A model generated the notes under the pieces. The model saw only the letters and a program-made list of their open reading frames with translations, searched no databases and had not been told where the DNA came from. This document shows positions 19,424 through 29,315 of a DNA stretch of 64,000 nt, in pieces. The DNA is from Nitrososphaeria archaeon (GTDB taxonomy: Archaea; Thermoproteota; Nitrososphaeria; JACIWG01), in contig CAVXDT010000014.1 in assembly GCA_963760525.1 (NCBI GenBank), positions 120,203-184,202 on the forward strand, written 5' to 3'. Positions within the stretch are counted from its first letter, which is position 1; each line of letters starts with the position of its first letter. A program made the position numbers and the translations under genes.

Positions 19424-20020
19424 CTACGTACTTGCTTTAAATATATTTTGTTGACAGTCTTTCATCCATTCCCCCCACTTTTTAAAAGCCTTTCCTCTAT
19501 GAGAAAAACTATTCTTTTCTTCTATGTTCATTTGAGCAAAAGTCTTGTCATTCCCATCAGGCACAAAGATAGGGTCAAACCCGAAGCCTCCTTTGCCAAT
19601 AGTGCTAGATAAGATATTCCCATAGATTTCGCCTCTAAATAGGAATATTCTTTTTTCTTTACTCTTATAACCTACCACTGAAATAAACATGGCTTTTCTT
19701 TCCTGTCTTCCTTCCATTAGCTTGATGACTCCCTCGCATTGAATCTTTTTGTATACAAAGGAAGAGTAGGGTCCTGGGAACCCATTTAATGCATCAATAA
19801 ACAGTCCAGAGTCTTCGATAATTATTGGTAATGCGTCATCAGGAATCATATTAAGAGCAAATGTTACTATTTCTTCTAATTGCTCGGCTTGAATTTCCAT
19901 TTTCTTGACATTTGCCTGTTCCAAATTTATTTTGAATTCCGAAAGTATCTGGTTTGCCTCTGATATCTTGTCAAGGTTTTCCGTTGCAAAACTGATTCGA
20001 CTCTTAGTCTGAGGCAGCAT
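19424..20020 (-). CDS. Non-canonical purine NTP pyrophosphatase (Ham1/RdgB/ITPase)
   Basis: Motifs ISFATEN...KLEE, GFGFDPIFVPDG, KTFAQM and SHRGKAF. The ATG at 20020 is the likely start; the ORF track starts at an upstream TTG at 20056. Confidence 0.75.
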   Translation of the reverse strand: MLPQTKSRISFATENLDKISEANQILSEFKINLEQANVKKMEIQAEQLEEIVTFALNMIPDDALPIIIEDSGLFIDALNGFPGPYSSFVYKKIQCEGVIKLMEGRQERKAMFISVVGYKSKEKRIFLFRGEIYGNILSSTIGKGGFGFDPIFVPDGNDKTFAQMNIEEKNSFSHRGKAFKKWGEWMKDCQQNIFKAST

Positions 20021-20636
20021 ATCTACCTCTCTTCTCAATTTCACGTATGTTATCAAGTGTCTTCTCTAGTTGGATGTTCCCGCAAACGCTCCCATAACCC
20101 TCTATAATTTCACCGAATCCTTTGTCGAAGATGTCTGAATGAGCGCTTTTCATTACTTGTTTTAGCAGGTGGACATCAACAGATTTGTCTTCTAACCTTG
20201 TTGAACGGAAGGCAAGTCCAAAATCAATAAAGTAAAGCTTCCCATCTCTTACTATAAAGTTCGACGTCGTAGGGTCTCCATGAAGTATGTTATGTGCATG
20301 CATTCTCGCAAGACTCCTTCCAGCCTCATTAAGCATAAGAAGTGCCTTTCTTAGGTCTATTTCAAAGAGGTCTTTCATTCTTGTTCCATTTACATATTCC
20401 ATTATTATCTCTCCATTAAATGGATCAACGTAGTAGATTATAGGAGTAAGAACACCATATCTTTTAACGATGCTCATATACTCTGCCTCTTTGATAGTTC
20501 TGCTTCTTCTTATCTTCTTGTCTAACTCCCCCCTCCAATAAGGCTTCGGTCTCCGTATTTTTCTGATGACTTCTATATCATTCCAGTAATCCAGGTAGAT
20601 GTTGGCTTCAGCGCCCATCTTGATTAGTTTCTCCAA
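20004..20636 (-). CDS. bud32: KEOPS subunit Bud32 (Kae1-associated kinase)
   Basis: Small RIO-like kinase: HGDPTTSNFIV and YFIDFGLA. Immediately downstream of kae1. Confidence 0.8.
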   Translation of the reverse strand: MEKLIKMGAEANIYLDYWNDIEVIRKIRRPKPYWRGELDKKIRRSRTIKEAEYMSIVKRYGVLTPIIYYVDPFNGEIIMEYVNGTRMKDLFEIDLRKALLMLNEAGRSLARMHAHNILHGDPTTSNFIVRDGKLYFIDFGLAFRSTRLEDKSVDVHLLKQVMKSAHSDIFDKGFGEIIEGYGSVCGNIQLEKTLDNIREIEKRGRYAASD

Positions 20637-21619
20637 GTTACTTCAACCTCATCTATTCTCCAAGACTGTCTTACTGTGCTCTTTTCGATAGGTGTCAAGT
20701 CGTTTGATAAATATTGCAGAAGGCCGACGAGCGCTATTTGTGCTCCGCAATCTCCACTATACTCTTTCGGTATAACATGGAAACTCGAACCATGTACGCC
20801 ACACAGGCTTCCCATCATCTCTTGTAATCTTTTGTTAGCTGCAACTCCTCCTGTCAAAACTATCTCGTTTTTCTCGGAAAATGCAAGTAGTCTTTCTGTC
20901 ACTTCAGTAAGCATCGCAAACGCCGTTTCTTGAACTGAAAAGCACACATCATTCTTGCTCGCTTCTTTCTTTAGAAGGTTCTTAGCAGAAGTCAGTAAAC
21001 CTGAATATGAGACGTCATTTCCCTTAACAGTATAGGGCATATCAATGTAATTCTCTCCTCCTGCTGCCAAAGATTCAATTTGCTTCCCTGCTGGGGAATG
21101 ATATCCGAGTTCTCTACCAAGCTGATCAAAAAGCTGACCCAACGTGATATCAAGTGTTTCACCGAATATTCTCCACCTTTTGGCAAGATAAGTAGAGACA
21201 AGCGTGTGTCCTCCTGAAACCAGCACAATAACGGGATCTCTTACCTTAGCGAAGAAATTTGCGAGTTCAATATGCCCTATTGCATGGTTAACAGCAATAA
21301 GTGGTATCTCATAGTAGCTTGCCAGACTTCTTGCGACAACCGCTCCGATTCTTAAACATGGCCCTAATCCTGGTCCCTTTGAATAAGCTACTGCATCGAT
21401 GTCTTCTATCTTTCTACCGCTTTTTCTGAGTGCATCTTGAAGGACTCTTTTCGCGACTCTAAGATGGTGCTGTGCCGCTTCATAAGGGTGAATTCCTTGG
21501 CCAGGTGGCGGGACGAATGTGTCCTTTATATTCGAAATAATTTCTTTTTCTGAGACTACTGATACTGAAAATGTATGTGCTGTTGATTCTATGCCAAGGC
21601 ATATTTTGTCTTTTTCCAC
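20624..21619 (-). CDS. kae1: tRNA N6-adenosine threonylcarbamoyltransferase Kae1
   Basis: ASKHA fold: CLGIESTAHT, HxxGH-type motif AVNHAIGHIE, GGVAANKRL; 331 aa. Confidence 0.88.
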   Translation of the reverse strand: MEKDKICLGIESTAHTFSVSVVSEKEIISNIKDTFVPPPGQGIHPYEAAQHHLRVAKRVLQDALRKSGRKIEDIDAVAYSKGPGLGPCLRIGAVVARSLASYYEIPLIAVNHAIGHIELANFFAKVRDPVIVLVSGGHTLVSTYLAKRWRIFGETLDITLGQLFDQLGRELGYHSPAGKQIESLAAGGENYIDMPYTVKGNDVSYSGLLTSAKNLLKKEASKNDVCFSVQETAFAMLTEVTERLLAFSEKNEIVLTGGVAANKRLQEMMGSLCGVHGSSFHVIPKEYSGDCGAQIALVGLLQYLSNDLTPIEKSTVRQSWRIDEVEVTWRN

Positions 21620-21670
21620 GCCTTTAGTATAATCAAAAATTTATTTATTTATGTTTATGATATCCAATGA

Positions 21671-22135
21671 ATGAGCCAAAGAAATTCCATCAAGTTGGAG
21701 GTGGAATTATCCTTCAATGTTCATGCAACAGAGGATGAACGTAAGATAATGAATTCTCTGAAGAAGAATCTTGATCTGGACGAATCTCTGCTATTCAGGA
21801 CGAACTTCGAAGGATATTATGGTAATCCTATTTCGAAATTTGAAGTCTCAGTGAAGGATGTTACTGCACAGAAGATCTTTGAAACCGTGTTCAAGAGCTT
21901 AGAATCGACTGTAATGGAAGATTTCCTAAAGCATATTGACAATCATATCGATTCCTCCAAGGGTCTTTACATTAGAATAAGCAAGGAAAGTTTGTGTGAA
22001 GACAAGTTTAGAGTTCAAGAAAGTAACGCGTTTCGTTTTAGGTTCAGGCCCAAAATAGGCTATTTGAAAAACGCGCGAGAATTCTATAAAAACGCTATAT
22101 CGCAGTGCATCCAGAAAGAAAGATTTAAATCGTAG
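21671..22135 (+). CDS. Conserved hypothetical protein at the head of the exosome superoperon (possibly UPF0201/DUF54-like RNA-binding)
   Basis: 154 aa, no catalytic motif. Assigned mainly from its position upstream of psmA. Confidence 0.3.
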   Translation: MSQRNSIKLEVELSFNVHATEDERKIMNSLKKNLDLDESLLFRTNFEGYYGNPISKFEVSVKDVTAQKIFETVFKSLESTVMEDFLKHIDNHIDSSKGLYIRISKESLCEDKFRVQESNAFRFRFRPKIGYLKNAREFYKNAISQCIQKERFKS

Positions 22136-22289
22136 GCAAAACGCCTAACTCTTGGGATGAAGTACAAGCCGTCCCAGACTGAGCCAAACTGGCTTTGAAG
22201 AACTCGCGACGAAACTGACCAAATATTACAATTTCTTTAACAGTAACGTTAAAAATAAAAAGGTTTAAACATGTGACTTAGAAGACTAA

Positions 22290-23048
22290 TGTTTAGAAAA
22301 GAGAGGTGAAAGGGGTATTTTCGGTCCATCAGCAGGCTACGATCGGGCGTTAACAATATTTTCGCCGGACGGACGCCTATATCAAGTAGAATATGCGTTA
22401 GAAACAGTTAGAAGAGGTACTGTTGCCCTAGGTTTGCGAGTAACAAACGGTGTCGTGCTAGCAGTAGAAGAGAGGGTTCGTAAACTTCAAACGCCATCAT
22501 TATCGCAGAAAATCTTTCAAGTGGACGATCACGTTGGAATTGCAGCAGCTGGATATGTTCCAGATGCGAGAGTTCTAGTTGATAAAGCTAGAGTTTTTTC
22601 TCAATACAATCGTCTTCTTTATGATGAAATAGCGGACGTGGAGTCTGTTTCCAAATATTTAGGCGACCTTACACAAGAGTATACTCAGTATGCCGGCGTC
22701 CGCCCTTTCGGCGTTTCCTTAATTATCGCCGGTGTGGATAAGAAAGGGTCTTCTGTCTTTCTGGTTGACCCAAGTGGAAGCTACCTGCAATATGAGGCGG
22801 TCGCAATAGGATCTGGCTCGGATCAAGTTACGCAGTTCTTAGAAAACAATTTCAACTCCTCGATGACAATCGATGAAGCCTCAGTTCTGGCTGTGAAGTC
22901 GATCTATTTAGTCAGTGAGGATAAAACTGGTGTCAGCCATATACGAATGGCTATTATTGATACTGACGCCAAGAAGCTCAGAAGATATACTGAGGAAGAA
23001 GTAACGAAGTTCGCGTCTCTGTCCAAGGAGAAGTTTGGCAGTTCATAA
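22290..23048 (+). CDS. psmA: Proteasome alpha subunit
   Basis: Reading frame open from 22290: GIFGPSAGYDRALTIFSPDGRLYQVEYA... No canonical start lies in frame before the TTG at 22434. An ATG at 22289 is out of frame by 1 nt, within a TTT run. Confidence 0.85.
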   Translation, partial: CLEKRGERGIFGPSAGYDRALTIFSPDGRLYQVEYALETVRRGTVALGLRVTNGVVLAVEERVRKLQTPSLSQKIFQVDDHVGIAAAGYVPDARVLVDKARVFSQYNRLLYDEIADVESVSKYLGDLTQEYTQYAGVRPFGVSLIIAGVDKKGSSVFLVDPSGSYLQYEAVAIGSGSDQVTQFLENNFNSSMTIDEASVLAVKSIYLVSEDKTGVSHIRMAIIDTDAKKLRRYTEEEVTKFASLSKEKFGSS

Positions 23049-23062
23049 AGAGATGTATAGAA

Positions 23063-23758
23063 TTGAGTAGCAAATTCACAACTGTGCGTTTGACAGTGGA
23101 AGGAGAGCACTTCGAACTTTTAGTTCATCCAGATCCTGCTTTAAACTACAGAAGGGGCAAGGCCATGGAAATATCGCAGATTACAGCTGTTGAGGAGGTT
23201 TTTTCGGATTCTTCAAAAGGTCTGCGTGTTTCTCAAGAGAAGCTCAAGAAATCTTTTCATACGACCGATTTTTACACTATTGCAGAAACTATACTGAAGA
23301 AGGGTGAACTTCAACTGACCTTAGAGCAACGCAGAAGGCTTACTGAAGAGAAGAGGAAAGCTATCATAGCTGTTCTGTCAAAGAATTTCATAGATCCTAG
23401 GACAAATTCACCTTTTCCTCCAACAAGACTAGAGCAAGCTATGGAGCAAGCTCGTATCTCGATTGACCCATTTCGTCCAGCTGAAGAGCAGCTACAAAAT
23501 ATAATAGACGCGCTTCGCCCGATTATTCCACTCAAATCACAGAATGTAATTCTACAGATCAAAATACCCGCGCAGTATTCGTCAAAATCGATAGGCTTAC
23601 TGAAGTCCTTTGGCAAGCTTTCTAACGAACGATGGCTTTCTGACGGCTCCTACCTTACTGAGCTAGAAATACCAACAGGTTTGCATTCAAATCTCGTTGA
23701 AAGACTTGGTTCACTGACCAAAGGAGAGACAGAGATTTCAGTCATATCCAGAAAATAA
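23063..23758 (+). CDS. sdo1: SBDS (Shwachman-Bodian-Diamond) ribosome maturation protein
   Basis: N-terminal FYSH-type domain (VRLTVEGEHFELLVHPDPALNYRRG); 231 aa. Conserved position in the superoperon. Confidence 0.8.
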   Translation: MSSKFTTVRLTVEGEHFELLVHPDPALNYRRGKAMEISQITAVEEVFSDSSKGLRVSQEKLKKSFHTTDFYTIAETILKKGELQLTLEQRRRLTEEKRKAIIAVLSKNFIDPRTNSPFPPTRLEQAMEQARISIDPFRPAEEQLQNIIDALRPIIPLKSQNVILQIKIPAQYSSKSIGLLKSFGKLSNERWLSDGSYLTELEIPTGLHSNLVERLGSLTKGETEISVISRK

Positions 23759-23772
23759 GGTGATTATGAAAA

Positions 23773-24450
23773 ATGGTTCATTCAAAAGTTCTTCCTGGTG
23801 ATGAATTGGGTGTAGCACCTCCAGGTCCACTACCTCCGAATACATACAAAATCGGGAACAAACTTTATTCTCTAAAAATAGGCCTGGCTGAAATTGAGGA
23901 AAAAGAAGTGAAAGTCATTCCACTTTCAGGTCCTTATGTTCCAAGGGTGAACGATTTCGTTGTAGGAAAAATAATAGACGTAAGTGCGTTCACTTGGGAA
24001 GTAGACATAGACTCTATATTCACTGCGCACCTCCCAGCACAAGATGTTTACGGAAGAGATTTCTCTTCAATAACAGATTCCCTAAATGACCAATTCAAGG
24101 TAGGAGACATGATAACTTGCAATATCATAGCATATGATAGGACCAGAGATCCGCTCCTAACAATACGCGAGCATGGTCTTGGCAAAGTTATGCGTGGAGA
24201 GACAGTGAAAATTTCACCCTCTAAAATACCTAGACTTATCGGCAAAAAAGGGTCTATGGCAAAAATTATAGAATCCAAAACGAAGACAAACCTTATTATA
24301 GGCCAAAATGGGGTGATTATTGTTCAGGGTCCTCCTGAAGGAATAGTGATGGCTATTAAGGCAATTCATTTGATAGAAGAAAAAGCGCATGTCTCCTTCC
24401 TTACTAGTATGATTAGTGAATTATTATCTAAAGAAGAATCAGGTGCATAA
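23773..24450 (+). CDS. rrp4: Exosome RNA-binding subunit Rrp4 (S1 + KH)
   Basis: N-terminal domain, S1 domain (PRVNDFVVGKIIDV), C-terminal KH (IGKKGSMAKIIESKTKTNLIIGQNG). Confidence 0.8.
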   Translation: MVHSKVLPGDELGVAPPGPLPPNTYKIGNKLYSLKIGLAEIEEKEVKVIPLSGPYVPRVNDFVVGKIIDVSAFTWEVDIDSIFTAHLPAQDVYGRDFSSITDSLNDQFKVGDMITCNIIAYDRTRDPLLTIREHGLGKVMRGETVKISPSKIPRLIGKKGSMAKIIESKTKTNLIIGQNGVIIVQGPPEGIVMAIKAIHLIEEKAHVSFLTSMISELLSKEESGA

Positions 24451-24452
24451 TT

Positions 24453-25172
24453 ATGGATAAATTGATTGATGAAAATGGTATTCGATTAGATGGGCGCAAA
24501 TGGGATGAACTAAGACCTGTGAAAATAGAGGTTGGTGTACTAAAGAACGCTGACGGGTCTGCTTATATCGAATTTGGAAACAACAAGATAATTGCGGCAG
24601 TATTTGGGCCAAGGGAAGCGCATCCCAAGCATCTTTCTTTACCTGACAGAGCAATTCTAAGATGCAGGTATCATATGTCGCCTTTTTCGGTTGAAGAGAG
24701 GAAACCTCCTCAGCCAAATCGCAGAGAAATAGAGATCTCGCTGGTTATCCGAAGGGCTCTTGAGACATCTGTTTTTGTAGAAGAGTTTCCGAGAACAGTC
24801 ATCGATGTTTACATCGAAGTGTTGCAGTCAGATGGTGGTTCACGTTGTGCAAGCATCACTGCGGCTTCTGCTGCTTTAGCGGATAGTGGTATACCTATGC
24901 GTGATCTAGTCGTTGGTTGTGCAGTAGGCAAAGTCGGCGGTCAGATAGTTCTTGACTTGAGCGATAAAGAAGACAAAGAAGGTGATTGCGATATGCCAAT
25001 TGCGTACATGCCTAATCTCGACAGGATTACGCTACTCCAGTTTGACGGAGAGTTCACTGTAGATGAATATATGAAGGCAGTGGATTTGGGTATAGAAGGA
25101 AACAAGAAAGTATATGGAATATTAAGGAAGGCTTTAATGGAAAAATACTTCAAGGTGGAGGATGAGAAATAA
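24453..25172 (+). CDS. rrp41: Exosome catalytic subunit Rrp41 (RNase PH-like)
   Basis: DGRKWDELRPVKIEVGVLKNADGSAYIEFGNNKIIAAV and phosphate-site GPRE; 239 aa. Confidence 0.85.
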   Translation: MDKLIDENGIRLDGRKWDELRPVKIEVGVLKNADGSAYIEFGNNKIIAAVFGPREAHPKHLSLPDRAILRCRYHMSPFSVEERKPPQPNRREIEISLVIRRALETSVFVEEFPRTVIDVYIEVLQSDGGSRCASITAASAALADSGIPMRDLVVGCAVGKVGGQIVLDLSDKEDKEGDCDMPIAYMPNLDRITLLQFDGEFTVDEYMKAVDLGIEGNKKVYGILRKALMEKYFKVEDEK

Positions 25173-25988
25173 TTGTCGCTTCGGAAATCTCCTATAATGG
25201 AAACCATGAGAAAAGCACAAACGCTAGATTTACTGTCAAAGCAAAAGCGGGTTGATGGTAGAGCTTTAGACCAATATCGCCCAATATTGATAAGAACAGG
25301 GTTGATACAGAAGGCAAATGGTTCCTCAGAAGTTTCAATTGGAAATTCAAAAGTGATAGCAGGTGTAAAAATACAAACAGGGGCACCTTTCCCAGACACT
25401 CCTAATCAAGGCCTACTTGTAGTAAACGCCGAGTTCTTACCTCTTTCCTCAGCTCAGATTGAACCAGGTCCTCCTGACGAAGACTCAATAGAATTATCAA
25501 GGGTAGTCGATCGCGGAATTAGGGAATCCCAAATGATAGACCTTAAAGCTCTCGTAATAGAACCTGGAAAATCTGTATATTGCGTATTTGTTGATATAGA
25601 CGTACTGAATATGGATGGTAACCTCTTTGACACTTTATCGATGTCAGCTACGACAGCAATAGCTTCTGCCAAATTCGATAAGAAGGTAATAAAAGAAGAT
25701 GGGACTGAAGAAAATCAAAAAGTGTCATTACCCGTCCGTCTCATTCCTGTTTCCGTCACATCCATCATCGTAGGCGATAACATTATACTCGACCCGACAG
25801 AAGAAGAAGAATCGTTATTCGACGTTAGATTGACTTTAGTTTTTAATGAAGAAGGTAACTTGACAGCTGGTCAAAAGGGCGGTCCAATTGGAATATCTAG
25901 GGAGCAATTGTCTAAGATAGTGGATATTTCTAGGGCTAAGGCAGAAGAAATAAGATCCATTGTTAAAAAGGCGGTAGAGAATGCCTAA
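25173..25988 (+). CDS. rrp42: Exosome subunit Rrp42 (RNase PH-like, non-catalytic)
   Basis: RVDGRALDQYRPILIRTGLIQKANGSSEVSIGNSKVIAGV; 271 aa. Directly follows rrp41. Confidence 0.85.
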   Translation: MSLRKSPIMETMRKAQTLDLLSKQKRVDGRALDQYRPILIRTGLIQKANGSSEVSIGNSKVIAGVKIQTGAPFPDTPNQGLLVVNAEFLPLSSAQIEPGPPDEDSIELSRVVDRGIRESQMIDLKALVIEPGKSVYCVFVDIDVLNMDGNLFDTLSMSATTAIASAKFDKKVIKEDGTEENQKVSLPVRLIPVSVTSIIVGDNIILDPTEEEESLFDVRLTLVFNEEGNLTAGQKGGPIGISREQLSKIVDISRAKAEEIRSIVKKAVENA

Positions 25989-26199
25989 GAAGAAAGCTAA
26001 AGGCTCAGCCGCGACAAAAGGTTTGGGTGGACGTTATGGTTCCACAGTTAGGAAAAGGGCATCGAAAGTGCTGGCGGTTGTCAGGCAGAGAAGACAATGT
26101 CCCTCTTGTGGCTCTTCGAGGTATAAGAGATCCGCTGCTGGGATATGGGCTTGCAGGAAATGCGGCCATACAGTTGCAGGAGGAGCTTACGAGCCGTAG
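25981..26199 (+). CDS. rpl37ae: 50S ribosomal protein L37ae
   Basis: Zinc ribbon CPSCGS...CRKCGHTVAGGAY; 72 aa. Confidence 0.85.
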   Translation: MPKKKAKGSAATKGLGGRYGSTVRKRASKVLAVVRQRRQCPSCGSSRYKRSAAGIWACRKCGHTVAGGAYEP

Positions 26200-26213
26200 A
26201 CTTGGTGAGTTTT

Positions 26214-26585
26214 ATGAGCGAAGAAATTCCAGCATGGCTGAAGGAAAGAATAGCTAGGTTTGAAGAGCTGCAGAGAAGTCTTCAAGCAGTTCTGCTCCAA
26301 AAACGACAAGTCGAACTTGAAGTTAGCGAAGTTGACCACTCGCTCAGTGAGCTTAAGAAAGCTTCAGTTGAAGATACAGTCTACAAGTTCTCAGGTCAGA
26401 TTCTAATTAAAGTCAAGAAAGACGAAATACTTAAGGAACTCGAGGAAAAACTTGATCTTGATAAAGCCAGAACCACAATTCTAGCAAAGCAAGAAGAAAA
26501 ACTTAAACAGAGTATGACTGAGCTCCAAAGCAAGATTAATAGCGCTCTGACCAGTCAGACTGGCCAACAACTGAAAGAAAGTTAA
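26214..26585 (+). CDS. pfdB: Prefoldin beta subunit
   Basis: Coiled-coil, beta hairpin, coiled-coil layout (MSEEIPAWLKERIARFEELQ...KFSGQILIKV...). ATG at 26214 sits inside the longer ORF that starts at 26145. Confidence 0.75.
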   Translation: MSEEIPAWLKERIARFEELQRSLQAVLLQKRQVELEVSEVDHSLSELKKASVEDTVYKFSGQILIKVKKDEILKELEEKLDLDKARTTILAKQEEKLKQSMTELQSKINSALTSQTGQQLKES

Positions 26586-27605
26586 TTGAAAAATTCAGCG
26601 GTTTTCTCCAATATTGACGATTTAGATCTATCCAAAGTTAAGAATGTCTGTATTATTACTCATAGGTTCGGAGATATAGACGCGTTAAGTTCTTCGTACG
26701 CTTTAGAAGCAGTCATTTATGGAAACAATCCAAACGTGTCGGTCAAGCATGTCTTCCCTGACGGTCTAAATTCAGTTGCAGAAAAATTAAGAGGGTATGT
26801 CAACTTGGAATCTAGCAAGATAGAGGATTTCAAAGACTTCGACTTGATTGCTGTTGTCGATGTGGGTTCGCCTAAGCTTCTAAACGAATATTTTGGCATT
26901 GTGGATAACGCAGTCTGCCCTAAGCTACTGGTAGATCATCATCCCTTGCAAGAGGAGAGCAAACTATTCTACAATTACTTCTTCGTCAGTCATGATGTGA
27001 CTTCCTCCTCTGAACTTGTCCTTTCCCTCCTAGAGAAATACAATGTAACTCCGACGAAACTACTTTCTAACTTGTTGCTCTTGGGGATCCTCGCCGACAC
27101 GAGACATCTCTCAGCTGCAAACGAAAACACGGTGAAGAATGTCTGTCTATTGATAGATTTGGGTGCGAGTTTAAGATGGAGCGATAATATTCTTTTCCAA
27201 AGAAGAGAACCTTCAGAGGTTATCGCTAGGCTCAAAGCTTTGTCGAGAATCAATCTATATGAATCAGACGATACAATAATCTCCACCGTAAAGGTAGGTT
27301 CTTTTCACGCGTCAGTAGCTAAGTTCTTAATCGATGCTGGATGTGATATTGCGTTAGCATATGGAGAGGAAGACAATGTATTGAGAGGAAGCCTAAGATG
27401 TTCCAATCAGATAGGGCAAAAGGAAACTTTCTCCTTAAGTACTCTTTCAGAATCTCTTGCCAAGGTCTTTGATGGCGTAGGTGGTGGTCATAGGCTTGCA
27501 GCTTCATTCAACGTAAAATGCAAAGATGAGCAACTGATATCAGAATTCTTAAAGTCGCTAGAGAACATGCTCTCGACTAAAGTGGAAAAACTATCGCTAA
27601 AATAG
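26586..27605 (+). CDS. DHH-family phosphoesterase with DHHA1 domain (NrnA-like nanoRNase/pAp phosphatase)
   Basis: DHH motifs ITHRFGDIDALSS, VDVG, VDHH and DHHA1 motif GGGHRLAA. Confidence 0.65.
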   Translation: MKNSAVFSNIDDLDLSKVKNVCIITHRFGDIDALSSSYALEAVIYGNNPNVSVKHVFPDGLNSVAEKLRGYVNLESSKIEDFKDFDLIAVVDVGSPKLLNEYFGIVDNAVCPKLLVDHHPLQEESKLFYNYFFVSHDVTSSSELVLSLLEKYNVTPTKLLSNLLLLGILADTRHLSAANENTVKNVCLLIDLGASLRWSDNILFQRREPSEVIARLKALSRINLYESDDTIISTVKVGSFHASVAKFLIDAGCDIALAYGEEDNVLRGSLRCSNQIGQKETFSLSTLSESLAKVFDGVGGGHRLAASFNVKCKDEQLISEFLKSLENMLSTKVEKLSLK

Positions 27606-27647
27606 TAATATCCTTTTATATCATATTTTTGTCTGCGTTGTGGAAAA

Positions 27648-28499
27648 TTGCCACCGCTAATACAGTTCGTCAACCTAAGCTTCTCATATTCGGGTTCTTC
27701 ATCGCCTATTTTGAAAAATATAAACTTGTCTATTGAGGAAGGGGAATTTGTTTTACTGGTTGGCCCGTCTGGTTGTGGGAAATCAACATTGTTAAGATGC
27801 ATTAATGGGCTAATTCCCAATCTATACAATGGCGTCTATGAAGGGAAAGTGATAGTTGATGGTGAAATTGTAAAAGATAAAAACGTCAGCTTTTTAGCGA
27901 CAAAGGTAGGATTCGTCTTTCAGAATCCAGAAAACCAGATCTTTATGTTCACTGTGGAGAAAGACATCGTTTTTGGCTTAGAGAACATTGGTCTGGAAAA
28001 AGAGGAGATTCGAGAGAGACTCGAATGGGTTCTTAAAACATTGGATATTCAACATCTAAGGTACAAGGCTCCATACGAGCTTTCGGATGGCCAAAAGCAG
28101 AGAGTCGCCATTGCAGGAGTACTGGCGATGCATCCGAAAATCATAATATTAGATGAGCCAACTTCACTTTTGGATCCTAAGACCGCTTCTGAATTTATTC
28201 AAGTGTTAAAGGAATTGAACAGAAGCCTTGGGATAACAGTATTAGTTGTGGAACATAGGATAGATCTGTTATGTGAAGTAGCTGACAGGATTATCGTAAT
28301 GGGTGAAGAAAGAATTGAATTCGACGGTCCTCCTAGAAAGGTTCTACAGGAGAAGAGCCTTCACCTTTACGGTGTCACCATCCCACCAGTTATTGGTCTG
28401 CAGAATTCACTTTCCGAGTCGAATGTTAAGATAAATGGTTTTCACTTGAGTGTTGAAGGAATTTCAGAGGAAATCAAGAAAGAGGCTCATTTAGAATGA
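27648..28499 (+). CDS. ecfA1: ECF transporter ATPase EcfA1
   Basis: Walker A GPSGCGKST, signature LSDGQKQRVAIA, Walker B ILDEPTS. Confidence 0.8.
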   Translation: MPPLIQFVNLSFSYSGSSSPILKNINLSIEEGEFVLLVGPSGCGKSTLLRCINGLIPNLYNGVYEGKVIVDGEIVKDKNVSFLATKVGFVFQNPENQIFMFTVEKDIVFGLENIGLEKEEIRERLEWVLKTLDIQHLRYKAPYELSDGQKQRVAIAGVLAMHPKIIILDEPTSLLDPKTASEFIQVLKELNRSLGITVLVVEHRIDLLCEVADRIIVMGEERIEFDGPPRKVLQEKSLHLYGVTIPPVIGLQNSLSESNVKINGFHLSVEGISEEIKKEAHLE

Positions 28500-29314
28500 T
28501 TAAGACTGATTCATTATATTTCAAATACCCTACAACGGATTATGTGCTAAAAAATGTCAATCTAGAGATTGGCCTAGGCGAAATTGTCGCTATAATGGGA
28601 GGAAACGGTTCAGGAAAAACCACATTGATAAAGCACTTCAACGGCTTACTTAAGCCCACAAAAGGCACAGTCAAAGTCTTCGACAAGGACACACGCGATG
28701 ATTCAGTGGCTTCGCTGTCAAAAAGGATTGGTGTAGTATTCCAAAACCCTGACCATCAGATCTTCTCTGATACAGTATCAAACGAAGTGTCATTTGCTTT
28801 GAAGAACTTTGGGTTTGGGGAAGAAATAACAAAGAAAAGAGTCAAATGGGCATTAGAATTTTTCAACCTCGCAAAGTATGAAAATACTTCTCCTCTGCTC
28901 TTAAGTGGTGGAGAGAAGAAGAGACTATGCTTAGCCTCAGTATTGGCGTGGAATCCTGACTACGTGATACTTGATGAGCCGACTGTAGGTCAAGACTTCC
29001 TTCAGAAAGAGAAGCTCAGAGAAATTGCCAAAATGCTGGCTACACAGAGCAAAACAGTTGTTGTTGTATCGCATGACGTAGAGTTTGTCTGGCTTCTGCA
29101 GCCGAGAGTCATTCTGTTGTCAGATGGTGAAATTGTCTGCGATGGTCAATGCACGAGCGTCTTTAGGAATGAACAAGCTCTTCAAAGATGCGGTGTGATA
29201 AAACCTCAATTCGTAAAATTGTATGAAACGCTTCCTTCGTTAATGGATCATCCGCCTATAGATGTCTTCGAAGCTAGATCCATGCTTTTGAAATATCTTA
29301 AAGAGGATATTTGA
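28496..29314 (+). CDS. ecfA2: ECF transporter ATPase EcfA2
   Basis: Walker A GGNGSGKTT, signature LSGGEKKRLCLA, Walker B ILDEPT. Start overlaps the ecfA1 stop. Confidence 0.8.
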   Translation: MIKTDSLYFKYPTTDYVLKNVNLEIGLGEIVAIMGGNGSGKTTLIKHFNGLLKPTKGTVKVFDKDTRDDSVASLSKRIGVVFQNPDHQIFSDTVSNEVSFALKNFGFGEEITKKRVKWALEFFNLAKYENTSPLLLSGGEKKRLCLASVLAWNPDYVILDEPTVGQDFLQKEKLREIAKMLATQSKTVVVVSHDVEFVWLLQPRVILLSDGEIVCDGQCTSVFRNEQALQRCGVIKPQFVKLYETLPSLMDHPPIDVFEARSMLLKYLKEDI

Positions 29315-29315
29315 A

